This document shows, in pieces, positions 1-11,803 of a DNA stretch of 64,000 nucleotides. The stretch's first letter is position 1. Each line of letters starts with the position of its first letter. The stretch covers positions 24,490,001 to 24,554,000 of the forward strand of contig OX597818.1 of NCBI GenBank assembly GCA_951406725.2. Reading direction: 5' to 3'. Under the pieces are notes generated by a model. The model did not search any database, was not told the origin of the DNA, and saw nothing but the letters and a program-made list of their open reading frames with translations. The stretch comes from Octopus vulgaris (lineage: Eukaryota). The position numbers and the translations under genes were made by a program.

Positions 1-242
1 GCATTAGACAACTTTTTGCAAGAAAACAAATTCAAATCTAAAGATGCAAGAACAGCCTTTCATGATTTCATCACTTCTTTCTCCCCAGAATTCTTCACTG
101 CTGGCACAAATAGGCTACCGATAAAATGGCAAAATTGTGTTGATAATTTAGGTGCATACTTTGATTAATTACATTGCTTTTTATTGAGATAAAGTAAAAT
201 TTGAACTTCAAAATTGGACATTTCATTCTTAATGACTTGATA
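1..242 (+). mobile_element. mariner transposase 3' remnant plus probable right TIR
   Basis: Frame 1 (1-168) reads ALDNFLQENKFKSKDARTAFHDFITSFSPEFFTAGTNRLPIKWQNCVDNLGAYFD*, the typical mariner C-terminus (..W.KCVD..G.YFD*). It lies in a ZPR1 intron. Confidence 0.85.
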
Positions 243-1907
243 ATATGCATCAAATATCATTGAACAAATCAAAGGAAATATTTTACATATGAATTATTAA
301 AATTTTTTTTTTGTCACAAATAAATTACTTTTACTTCAATATGATACAATATAAAACTAGAGTTTCTTTCTCTGGACTGTAACCAGATGTTAAATTTTTT
401 TCAAACTGTTTTTTATATTTTTGCTTACTAACAAAAAATTGGATGAAAAGTCAATAAAAAATATTTTTTAATTATTTTATGGTTCAAGAAAATACAATAT
501 TTCTCATCTATGAAATTTACCCAAAATGAAACCATCAAAATTTCATTTTACTCTAATAAAGAAACCCTTAAATTGCTCACAAAACTGTGCAACGGCTGCA
601 CAGGCAATAAACATCACTAATAACACCTAGAGAAAATCACCCATCTTCACCAATTGGGAGGTACTCATACACCTGTGTAATGTCTGCAAGATGATTATCA
701 GGAAATAAAGGCCTAAAAGCTCTCTCTCTTTCACACTCTTTCCAAATTAAACCCAAATATTTTAAGTAACTGGCAACAGGATCTGTATTAAGCTAGAAAA
801 AGTGTTCTATCCCTTTCCTCAAGACTTCTTAACTAGAATGACTCAAAAAGTAACACACAACTGTAAATAAAGGCAATCACCTATGCTAATTATGTTTTAC
901 TTCCATTTCAACACTGTAGACACAATAAAATTCCACCTTAACTCTTTTTTCCAGCCATTTCCCCTGTCCCATGTACTTCACCTCTAAGTGCACAAAGCTG
1001 CCAAATACAAACTCTTTTCTAGTCACTCCAATCTAAGTAGTCCAGATAGTATTCAATCCATTCCCATAAAAAAAACAGTGCACACTTGATCTAGCTCCTA
1101 TCTTCTACAAGAAAGGCAATTTCTTTGAGCCTGTAAACTAATAACATTAAACTTTGTACAATGATGCAAACAACTGATGTTGTGAACTGATCAGGACTAT
1201 CTAAACCAAGCTTCTATCATTAGAACTTAAAAGCAGATTAGATAAAAAAAATTTTTAAAAACTACACACCCAAAATGCCACACTACTCTATATAATAAAC
1301 CACTGAATGTTAGAGCAAACAGTATGGTTCACTTCGAAAAATCATATCTTAAACAATAAATCTGTGGTTGGGACCTATTCATTCAATTAATAACTTATAT
1401 GTCAGATATGCACTCTAAAAGATATATGGCAACTTAATCTCTTTAACAGCACCAAAACACAGTGACTGTGCATAGCAAGAAAACAATCTCACAACACTAC
1501 ATGCTCCTATTCATGAACCACAATACACAGTACACACTCTCAAAGACTGGTGTTGATGTAATTGACAATAAAAGGCAATGCCCCAGTTTCATGACTAAAA
1601 CTAATAAGGGAATAAAAGTATTATAAGCATTAATTTGATAGCAAAGGATAACAGATAATAGCTTTCAATTTTCATTTACTTAAAGCAAATAGTAAAACAG
1701 TCATAAAATTTTCACCATTATAAACTGCTTCTATCTTACTTTAAAGCTAGAAACAGGTTTACTTCACAGTTACCAGCTGTCTAGAGATAGAGACATTTCT
1801 TACAATTTAACAGGCCTAAGTTTTTTAATATGTCTTACTGAACAGAAACTTTTCATTAATGGAACGTTCACAAAAATATAGGTCAATTAGTAAAAATTAA
1901 AACTTAC

Positions 1908-1997
1908 TTGGGAAATGTTATTACTGAATTCATTCATTTTTGCTTTTGTTTCTTCCTCAGCAGAGTCGCCAAAGCAAAAGGGATTGTTCTTTGACAG
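1908..1997 (-). CDS. ZPR1: ZPR1 coding exon 12 (LSKNNPFCFGDSAEEETKAKMNEFSNNISQ); further exons are outside the window
   Basis: Pyrimidine tract ..ctgaag| acceptor, |GTAAGT donor, 90 nt, phase 0/0. Carries the NPF.GDS motif of the ZPR1 B domain. Confidence 0.93.
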
Positions 1998-2328
1998 CTT
2001 CAGAGTAAAAGAGAAATATTCATGAATTTATGTTTAAGTGGATAACTGCATACAATTACAAATGTGTGTGAGTGTGCGTATTAATAAAATACAGAAAACA
2101 TATTTGCTTTGTTTTATGAAGCATAGATGTATTTTGTCAAATTAATTGCCAGGATTACATAATTGTTTGTTGAAAATTATATAATCCCATCAAATCACCA
2201 ACTCAGGTGTTTAGCAATAAATACAAAGAATGGTGTTAAATGCTTAATAATTGCATATATATATATATATATTTCCATTATGCAAATTATCAACAACATC
2301 AATAGAGTGGTGAATCTGAAGGCATAAG

Positions 2329-2362
<34 letters not shown>

Positions 2363-2364
2363 TT

Positions 2365-2745
2365 TCTCTTTTATCTTATTCAGTCATTAGATTGTGGCTA
2401 TACTGAGGCATAGCCTTGAAGAATTTTTAGTTGAACAAATGAATCAACCCAAGTACTTATATTTCTTTAAAGCTTGGCATTTATTCTATTGGTCACTTTT
2501 GCCAAACCACTAAGTTATGGAGATATAAACACTAACACTGGTTGCCAAGTGGTAGTGGAGGAAATAGACACACACACACACATATAAACATATATATATA
2601 ACAGGCTTCTTTCAGTTTCCATCTACCAAATCCACTCACAAGGAGAATAGAGGACAGTTACCCAAGGTGCTACAGAGAGAGACTGAACCTGGAACCATGT
2701 GGTTGAGAAGCAAGCTTCTTACCTCATAGCCATACCTCTGCCTAT
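2365..2745 (-). mobile_element. tRNA-derived SINE (Octopus OR/CORE-like family)
   Basis: Diverged reverse complement of the 37128-37512 copy, with B-box GGTTCAG and an internal (TA/CA)n tract. Confidence 0.85.
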
Positions 2746-3372
2746 ATAAGTATGTGTGTGTGTGTGTAAATATATATACATACTCACACACACATATACC
2801 ATCATCATCATTTGTGTCCCAGTTTTGGTATCACACAATAGTTGTAAATGAGCATCACCATTATAAAAGCAATGTCATTTTTTTCCAATCTTCTGTGAAA
2901 CCACATCTCATCATGAGAAAATATATATTACCTTGCTTGGAAACATGAAATTTTGCAATAGGTAAGGCATCTTAGCCTTACCTGATGGCCTTATCACAGA
3001 AAATCTGTGTCAATGAATTCTGTCTAACCCATGTTAGCTTTGTGAAAAGTAATGAGGTTTTGGCAAATTCTTCTCATAAAAATTGCTTGGTTAATGATAT
3101 TTTTGATTACAAGAAAATCCATACAAAAAAATTCAGATAAGAATTAAATTAGTTTTGTTTTCTTTCTTTCCTTAAATATTCTAATATTTACTAAAGAAAA
3201 TTATGCTTATGTCCATCTAGTATAATCCACTGTAAGAAAGGTTTAAGTTTTAAAACATCACACTAATAATTAGTTTCAACAAGTAGTCATAAAAAAAAAT
3301 AACAGACAAATGAAATACAGTCTATACATAATTTCTATATTTTTTAAATAAAAATCTTTCAAAATTCAAATT

Positions 3373-3880
3373 AGGTCAGATCAAGTCAGGTCTGGGGGCA
3401 TGAACCATTGCAGTACATCACTGCATCTACCATTTATCGGTATTTGCTCAAATTGCCACAGGCAACTCTTTGAGCAGTATCCCAGTCAGTCCCCATCTAT
3501 ATGAGATACTCCTTTATCAGTCATAACCATGTGGCGTGTGACTGACCAACATGAGCCATCACCTTGGCCAGATCCTCAAGAGAACATGATACACAGGATC
3601 AAACTCAGAAAATGGAGCAACATGACCAAACAGTCTGAGCCAACGCTCCTGAATCATACAAGTAACATGATGCATTCTAGTTTCTAAGTATAACCTTTGG
3701 TTGGATAGGAAATCCAACCAATGGCAACCCATAAATCTTATGAAGCATCCTGGCACCAAAGGAGTTCATGTAGCTCCTGAATTATAGAGCAAGACAGGAT
3801 GGACCAGGGGCCTGAAGATCTGAACCCTTGACCTCCTGCTCAGATATCAGAAGCACCAAAACACTTTTGTACAGTGATTA
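3373..3880 (-). mobile_element. decayed non-LTR retrotransposon 3' fragment (RTE-like)
   Basis: ORF 3559-3759 contains IQERWLRLFGHVA, matching the RT C-terminal RRL.W.GHV motif. Short-repeat tail near 3373. Confidence 0.6.
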
Positions 3881-4038
3881 TTTATTACATAAGGACAGAT
3901 TTATAATCAACATCAATATTCTTAAATTGGTTGACTTTTGATTTAGTGGTTAAAAAAAAAAAAAATTTCATTTCTTTCATTGTAAATCATTTTTCAGCCT
4001 ACATTTGGTAAAATTAAAACAAAATTCCTTTGACTTAC

Positions 4039-4149
4039 TGAGTCATTTATATCACTAAGTAAACCTTCAACTGTTGTAAACTTTCCTCCTAAGGAACCCA
4101 TCATAGCTTCAAGTTCAAGCTCTGGAATAGAAATGCTGCTGGTTTCACT
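4039..4149 (-). CDS. ZPR1: ZPR1 coding exon 11 ([37 protein letters not shown])
   Basis: ttacag| acceptor, |GTAAGT donor, 111 nt. Contains the IPELE and [14 protein letters not shown]1 motifs. Confidence 0.97.
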
Positions 4150-4508
4150 CTGTAATAGACCAAAGAAATTCATCATTAGTTAATGATGCAATGATTGGCA
4201 AACATATTTTGAATTATCATCATGTAAAACAATTTTGTATATTTGAAAACATGTCATAACTCATTTACATGATTAAATGTTTCAATAAACTAGGATAACT
4301 ATATTAAAAGTGATGTCAGAAAATAGTTATCTAAAGAGGAAATTTCTAAATTCATTTTCATACAAAATGTTACAGCCAACATTTTCAGAGTGTTAGAATA
4401 AAATTAAAAGACTGATAAAGATTAATTTCAATCAATGAATGAGAATAAATTTTCAAAATTACACTAAGAAAACTAAAAAAGTACTTAAAAACCAAAGAAA
4501 ATGTATAC

Positions 4509-4669
4509 CTTCAAGACATCTCGAGACAGATCAGTAATTGTTCGTATTCTCAAATCCAAATGTTTCCCTTTTGGTTCTATGGCACCACTACTTTTAACTT
4601 CATTATCACGATGGCCACATTGTTCACAAGATGTAGCCATTATAACTACCTCTTTAAAGTGAGGAATAT
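4509..4669 (-). CDS. ZPR1: ZPR1 coding exon 10 ([35 protein letters not shown]...DLSRDVLK)
   Basis: 161 nt, phase 1/0. Second half of C4 zinc finger 2 (CEQC). The acceptor is preceded by U12 branch site CCTTAAC. Confidence 0.97.
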
Positions 4670-5194
4670 CTAGCAGAGTTAAGGTGATGACATTAACAAA
4701 TGGCAGTTATTTATTTCAGAGAAAGATTTTTAATTTGTAAAAGTTGTAATAGCTTCTTCAACACTATCAATATGTGCGTTTCTATATATGTGTGTATATA
4801 TGTATATATGTATGTGTGTGCATAATTTATATTGACAGATTACAAAACCATTTTTATCAACAATCCTTTTAATAACTATCATTCCAAAAGAAAGTTGTAA
4901 GGCTCAGAAAAATATGTTTTGCTTTTTAGCTGTTGTTTCTATTAATGCCATATTTGTTTTACTTTATTTTTTCTTTTCTTTTCTTTTCATTTTTTCACTT
5001 TTCTCTATAATATTTTGCAATGTTTAGAAAAAAATTATTAATTCATGCATTAGCCTTTATTCTAAAATGCAAATGATCACCAGAATAAAACACAATATTT
5101 ATTTAGTAAAATATATCCTACTTAATAAATTTTAGCTATCTAGCAAAGTAGAAAAGGAAATATTTAATCAAATTTTATTAAAATAAAAGGATAC
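4670..5194 (-). other. ZPR1: U12-type (minor spliceosome) GT-AG intron of ZPR1
   Basis: 5' splice site |GTATCCTTTT; branch site CACCTTAAC then tctgctag|. No long polypyrimidine tract; the frame joins as KLI-N-IPHFKE. Confidence 0.93.
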
Positions 5195-5261
5195 TGATTA
5201 ATTTCATGTTAGTAGAACACATTGCATTGCAGTTAGGGCAATTTATTTCAAAGGATAACAC
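5195..5261 (-). CDS. ZPR1: ZPR1 coding exon 9 (VLSFEINCPNCNAMCSTNMKLI)
   Basis: ttatag| acceptor, 67 nt. CPNC is the first half of zinc finger 2. Confidence 0.96.
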
Positions 5262-5962
5262 CTATAATAAAGAAATATAACAGAATATATCAATTTATAT
5301 CAAGCCAGTCATAAGCTTGGTTTCCAAATATTATCACAAGAAAATACTTCAAAATACATACATTTTTTTACAAATAATAATTTTCAAACAACATTTTAGA
5401 CAATAAATATTTAGCAGAAACATCCGTTGCTCTACTCTCACACCCTAATGAACTTATCACCCACCCATCCTAATCTTCTGTCCATACTTTCTCATACTCA
5501 CTTTCTTGTAAATTATAATTGTGAGTAGGAAGAATTAGCCAATCATTTAATATGAGGTTTCTAGTGTAAGACACAGTGAGAATGACAAGAAAAGAACAGG
5601 TTGGTGCATTTAAGTAGGAGTGGGCAAGAGAAATACACAACTTGATAGCTCAGAAGAGTAGGAACTGTCACAATAACAGAAGAAAGAGAGAAAAGAGATG
5701 GTATGTTGGAAAGATGGTTGGGCTTCCAATTTTTGAAAATTGGTGAATTCTTTTATATATTTTAGATGCTATTAAATGAGACAAGTTCATCATGCCTCCA
5801 TTGACAATAACAACCTTTGAAGTTCATTGGTCATACAAGTGGTGCTAACAAAATTAGTTCTGGATGATGTTTGTATAGACAAGATTATGGAGAAGTGAAG
5901 GGTGGAATTGTGGCATCATTTGTACAGAAATATGTTTAATTAGAAGTGACAGTATTCTTTGT

Positions 5963-6140
5963 AATTTTGACACAAGGCCAGAAATTTTGAGGGAAGACGG
6001 AAAGTCAATTACATCAACCCCAAATAGATGAAAGGCAAAGTTGACTTTAGTGGGATTTGAACTCAGAACCTAAAAAACTGGAAGAAATGCTACTAAGTAT
6101 TGTGTCTGTCACGCTGATGATTTTGCCAGTTTGCCACCAA
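5963..6140 (-). mobile_element. SINE fragment of a second family (other copies ~10675-10830, ~18235-18310, ~38760-38880)
   Basis: Shared motif gatgaaaggcaaagttgac..gatttgaactcag recurs at all four sites. Confidence 0.65.
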
Positions 6141-6780
6141 CAATGTGGAACCCTGAAGTATACCAGCATTCAAAGATTGTGACTTGGACAGCTTCTAGTC
6201 AATACACTCTCTGCTGGGAAAATTTAGATATGAAAAATTGATGGAACCCAAAGGCAGAAAAATCTCATGCTAAATATGGTCAATTCTAAATGTGTTCATC
6301 TGATATTAAGATAATTAATATTTTTTTTTGTCAAAGTTCTCAAGAAATAACAACCACAAAGGTTAAGCATTCAAAATAAAACACTGAAGGAATTGGCAAC
6401 GCAGAAGCTGTAGGTGGTCACTAAAAGACATTTAAAATAATAAAGTCAGTAAATTTAAGATAATCAGGGGATGAAACTTTCACCAAAAATAGCTGCAAGT
6501 GATAGAAACAGTAGATTTTAAATAACAAATGACACCTTTTCAGAGAAAATTTGGAACTGATGTTGCCTGGATAGGAAAAGATAGGAGTTGGATGTTATAT
6601 GTTTCAGAGAAAAATTGATGTATATGATTTGCATATTAATAGGAGGTAGTTTGCAGGGTCAAAAATGAAAGAAATTTCATGAACACTGGTGTAAACACAC
6701 ACACATTTAGGATCTTTGCATAAGAAATTTTATATAAAGTGTGTTGAAATTTAATTTTGTAATGAATTATTTCTATATAC

Positions 6781-6855
6781 CTCATCTTTAAGGTTCAAAG
6801 TATTGTCAGCAGGAATTCCAGCACTTGCAACAACAGTCCGATCATCTTCTTCAGG
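6781..6855 (-). CDS. ZPR1: ZPR1 coding exon 8 (PEEDDRTVVASAGIPADNTLNLKDE), inter-module linker
   Basis: tttatag| acceptor, GAG|GTATAT donor, 75 nt, phase 0/0. Ends in LKDE just before VL.F...CP.C. Confidence 0.88.
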
Positions 6856-7297
6856 CTATAAATTATATGTAATACAAAGAAAAAGAAATATTACAATGAT
6901 ATACAATCAAAAATTAGAGAGAAAAGTGTATCAAATAAAAGGAAACAACAACAATATCACCAATAATAATTTCTCAAACAAAAGTTTCCATATACTCAAG
7001 AAAGTATTTCCTCTAAATCATAAGACAATGAAAAAGAGGTTATATTTTCTTTAAAATACACTGAAACCCTTACTGCAGCCATTGTGTTTCATGTCTCCCA
7101 CTCTGCTATAAACCTGAAGAAATTCAAGCTGAATGTAAACCTACTTAACCTTAATAGTCTGAATAAGCCTGCAAAAAAGGCTTGGTCACTCCTCCTTGCA
7201 GGAAAATGTAAAGAAAAGGTTGACCAGCACAACTGAGCAATAAGTACATCATAATATCAGTAGCAAGGTTCTGAACAACTTAAGCATGACAAAAGAT

Positions 7298-7723
7298 CAA
7301 GGTGTGTGGTAAGAGGTTTGCTTCCCAACCACATGGTTTCAGGTTCAGCCCCACTGCATGGCACCTTGGGTGTTTTCTACTATAGCTTGGGTCAATCAAA
7401 GCTTTGTGAGTGGATTTGGTAGTCAGAAACAGAAATAGCCCGTCACTTGAATGTGTGTGTTTGCAAGTGTGAATGTGTGTATATTTGTATCTCCTTGTCT
7501 TGACATTGTGTGCCAGTTGTAAGTGCCACTGTCATCCCGGCAATATCATCATTTTGCAATATTCTTTGCAAACATGTCTGGCCTTAAGGTAAATATTATC
7601 TTGGAAACAGGTGAGAGTTGGCAGCAGGAAGGGTATCCAGCCATAGAAAGTCTGCTTCAATAAGCTCTATTCAACCCACACAAGCATGGAAAAGTGGACA
7701 TGATGATGATGATGGTGATGATG
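7298..7723 (+). mobile_element. tRNA-derived SINE with RTE-like (GAT)n tail
   Basis: tRNA-like head (tgtgtggtaag...ggttcagcccc), ggcaccttggg core, and a 3' end gcatggaaaagtggac(atg)n. Confidence 0.85.
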
Positions 7724-7757
7724 AATATAAATATCAGTAGAAATAAAAATTACTCAC

Positions 7758-7839
7758 TGGTATGCCAAGTGATACATTCTGTTCAGCAGACCTTTTATAG
7801 TTGTGCACAACCATTTCTGTATCTTTGTTTGGAGCATGA
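7758..7839 (-). CDS. ZPR1: ZPR1 coding exon 7 (P-HAPNKDTEMVVHNYKRSAEQNVSLGIP)
   Basis: Begins after a non-canonical AC| acceptor and ends CCA|GTGAGT; 82 nt. Continues the ENP-HAP motif. Confidence 0.92.
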
Positions 7840-9605
7840 GTGGAAAAGTAAATTAAGGATCAATAAATGGAATGAAGAGAGATTTGCTTTTCATAAATAC
7901 TGTACACTGTGAAAAATGTGCCATGTGTATTTGAGTATATTTAATACATACTACAAAGGAAATGAGCATTAAAATGATAATGTTGTTTGTTTATTATACT
8001 AATAACAAGAGTGTATAATGAACAATAGTTATTTTTTTTATCCTTTCAAGAATATGACTTTCATTTCTATCTACCCAAACTTAACAAAATTTGTACTTAG
8101 CACCTATGAATCATGACTAGAAGAGCCTCTACAATTAGAATTAGTAGTTAAATCTCCCTCAAATCCCATCCTCCTATTCTGAAAAATGGAAAAAAGAAGA
8201 GGACATATTGAATAATGTGATCCTAAGTACACTATGCTTGAACAAAAGATTCCAGGTTCTGAGTTCAAAGCTCTTCATGCCTGATGTCTGCTGATTCATG
8301 TAGACAATCAGTGCAGCAACATATCAGACTATCCTCAGATAAGAGACCTGGTCCAAATGCTTGCAATATAGTGTTTTTGACTAAAAGCCAACTGCTGGTA
8401 TTGAAACAGGTGACAAATTAAGTCTACCACACAAAGGAAGAAGCAATTAGGGTTTTATAGCATTTTGATCGCTCCTGATATAACTGTCACAAAGCTCAGG
8501 GGGACTTCATCATCATCATTTAGCATCCAGTTATCATGCTGGCAAAGGCTTGTCCACAAAGCAAGCATGGTGAAACAACAGTTAAAAATAATGATAGTGA
8601 GGGAGGCTGGGATGCATATTGTATCTATATCCACATTTGGATCTCTCATCCAATATACCCCTGTCGAGTCTACATCTGTCTCCCCAGTTCTTTGATACCC
8701 TCTCGTCTATTTGCTATGCTATGCTGTCAGTCTAACTAAAGATGGCAATGGATCTCTCCCTACATCCTGTACTATGCTTCTTGTCTAATACTCTCTTCAC
8801 TCAAACACTCACCCTCTCTCCTATTCACCAAAGCACATTGCCATGCAATAAGGAACAATATTGGATCTACTCGAATTCAATAATCCCTTATCATCCTTAT
8901 CACTCCCCACTCTCACGAGATCACTGTATAAGGGATTGCAATGGATTTGTTTACCCTCAATACATTTACCACCTCCCTTTCTATAACTACCAGTTACCAC
9001 ACCCTCTCTCCTAAACCTCTTGTTATTGACAACTATCACACCCTTTTACTTTTTATCTACTTCTATTACTATCTATCACTCTCTCATCCCCTCTACCACA
9101 CTTTCATCCCACCCACTCAGTTTCTACCATCATATTCCAGTTCTCTTCACTTGAGTGTTTTGTTCACCTGTTGTTACTGCTCTTCCATTCACCTTACCTT
9201 GAGTAGACAAATTCATCATAGAGTAGTGAGGACTCATTAATCTCACAGAGTACAATGCAATCTCAATAGTGCTTGTACCACGAGCTATATGCATCCAGTT
9301 CACTCTGTGAAATGGTTGGTAAAAAAGAAGAGGCAATGTCGAAGTGAAAGGACATTTTTAGTAATGTAGAGGACATCATAACCTCTCTAGTTTTAGTGCC
9401 ATGTTAAAAGCACCCAGAACACTGTGAAGTAGTTGGCAATAAGAAGGGATCTAGCATAGAAACCAAGTCAAAAATGAAAGGTACAAGCGATACATGGCCA
9501 TCTAACCTATCTACAAGGGTAGTAACTTTAAATTGTAGCTAACATGGAGCATGACAACCTGTCCAACACATGTAAACATGTGAAACGGACATAAATATAC
9601 GGTTG

Positions 9606-9643
<38 letters not shown>

Positions 9644-10120
9644 GAAAGAGATAGTAGGGAAGAGAGAGAAATGTGATTCACATCTCTTTTGAGTAAAATG
9701 TTGCATGTATAACTTGTACGAAAGACAAAATATTAGTTAGTTGAGCATCTGTATTGAGATAGGTAGGGGAAGTAACTGCATTGACATGAGATGTGAATGG
9801 ATGAATGGATGACAAATACTGAGAGTGGAAGGTACTTGTGACAGAGAATGACCAAAATATGGGGAATAATGGTGGTGATGGCTGTGGTAGTGGCAATAGC
9901 ATAAGATTTCAGGATGTTTGGTATCACAGGCAAGCTGACACAAGAATAATGGATATTAATCACCATATAAATTTAAACCAATTAGATGGAAATTTTATGT
10001 ATTATCTTTGCTTAATGGAAGTTATGTTTATTAGAGATTGGGTTTTTTGCAGGAAATCAAAGGAAAATAATTCATAAGAAAATATATCATTAGGAAAAAA
10101 GGTATATCTTTAAAGGATAT
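7840..10120 (-). other. ZPR1: U12-type AT-AC intron of ZPR1 (2281 nt)
   Basis: 5' splice site |ATATCCTTTA; 3' end ATCCTTAATttacttttccAC|. Splicing yields GNSFVENPHAP in frame (phase 2). Confidence 0.93.
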
Positions 10121-10161
10121 GGATTCTCCACAAAGCTGTTACCACTGGGGTCATCAATAAT
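10121..10161 (-). CDS. ZPR1: ZPR1 coding exon 6 (IIDDPSGNSFVEN-P)
   Basis: tttcag| acceptor, 41 nt. Carries the DDPSGNSFVENP signature. Confidence 0.96.
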
Positions 10162-10534
10162 CTGAAATAAAAAATATTCATTAAATACTTGCTTAGAAAA
10201 TATATAATTTTTTAGATAGCACACACAAAATTTACATACGTTCAATATAGTTTTTAATGCTTTACAAAGTACAATATGTATACATAATCACCATGACCAC
10301 TTAAATATTGCGTAACCAGAACTAAGAAATGTAGTTCAGCTGTTAGGTAAACTAAACACTCCCAAACAAATTCCAATCAATAACCTACCATTAAATATAT
10401 TTATCCCTTTGTATCTTCTAATGTTCAACCCTTCTAGATTAGCAAATGCTATTCATTTCTCACTAAAAATCACTCAACATAGTCGTCTTTGTAACCTCTA
10501 CTATTATTCATGTATAATTTTTTTTAATACTTAC

Positions 10535-10621
10535 AAGTGTAAATGGTTTTTCCATTTCAAGAAGTTTCTTCAACTTAATGACAAATTGAGCTAATTGTTC
10601 TGCTAATTCAGGATGTTGTAT
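10535..10621 (-). CDS. ZPR1: ZPR1 coding exon 5 (IQHPELAEQLAQFVIKLKKLLEMEKPFTL)
   Basis: ctctag| acceptor, |GTAAGT donor, 87 nt, phase 0/0. Confidence 0.94.
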
Positions 10622-11732
10622 CTAGAGAAAAAGGAAACAAATATAATAAAATAAGCTTGTTTAGACAATGGTATCAAATTTGGATATAAAGTCAGTAATT
10701 TTAGAGAAGTAGTTAAATCCTTTGCATCAACTCTCCATGGTTCAACTACAACTTATTTTAACTTCAAAAGGATGAAAGACAAAGTTGACCTCAGTAAGAT
10801 TTGAATTCAGTACACAAAGAGGCAGAAGGAATAATTCTGCCTTAAGTTTGTTTTAATATGTAATATATGAAATATATCAAAACTATCTCTTTAATTTATA
10901 AGAAACTCAACAAAACATATAACCTTGCAGCTTTCTCTTTCAACTGTCCCTTTTTGAAGATTCTTATGAAACAGATCAAGAAATATCTCACAATATCTTG
11001 AAATATTTATTCAATTAAACTAATTCTATATTTGAGAAGGCTGAATTGAGTATAATATCAACATGGCTAAAATAGATTAAGAAAATGAAAGGGTTGTTTA
11101 CAACAATAATAAAATAACATTACTTGGTATATAATGGGTTAAGCTTAAGTAAGAATAAGACATAATACAGTTAACACAGATAATTATGTCTCAATCTGCA
11201 TTCCAGAGTAGCTAACACAGAATCAATACTTAAACAGTGGTGTGTCAAAATCACTTAAAATAGTAAATAATCAACACAAGGGAAAGGATTAATTTATTAG
11301 TTTAACAAGTCTTAGTAAGAATCAGCAGTGGCTGTAAATTGCTTTGGGAATTTTTTATCTCTTCAGAAAACAAAGAGATTTCTTCATAAAAAATGTAAAC
11401 TGCATGAGATGTATAAGAACCACATTATAATCTGTAGTAAGGCTTAATTAAACTATTTATTAAGTGAATTTTTAATGCCAAAGCACAAAGAAGAATTAAT
11501 GACCAGATAACAAGGCAACCCTTAATGAAGATGGTGATGAATTGTGATGATGGTGGTAGGCATCACTATTAATATTACCACTGTCATTATTATCAATTAT
11601 TACAATCTTTCACTTCATTATAATTTCAACCAAAGATGGAAAATATAAGAAACACCAGTATACATTAAAAAAAAACCTGTCAAAATTAAAGAGAAAATAA
11701 TCTTAAAAGAGTCTAAATTTCTAATAACTTAC

Positions 11733-11803
11733 TTTTCGGAGGGGTTGTTGAAACTCAATTCCTGTTATTGCATTTGTTATCAAACCTTCAACGTTAGTTA
11801 TGC
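11733..11803 (-). CDS. ZPR1: ZPR1 coding exon 4 (S-ITNVEGLITNAITGIEFQQPLRK)
   Basis: ttgcag| acceptor, |GTAAGT donor, 71 nt, phase 1/0. T.VEGLI..AI motif. Confidence 0.95.

Noticed and set aside
5247-5258. TATCCTTT U12-donor-like word at the start of ZPR1 exon 9
   Set aside because: It is preceded by T rather than G or A and is explained by the codons for L-S-F.
8455-10077. Cluster of overlapping short ORFs inside the AT-AC intron
   Set aside because: Low-complexity, repeat-derived composition, no recognisable domain and no consistent splice pattern.
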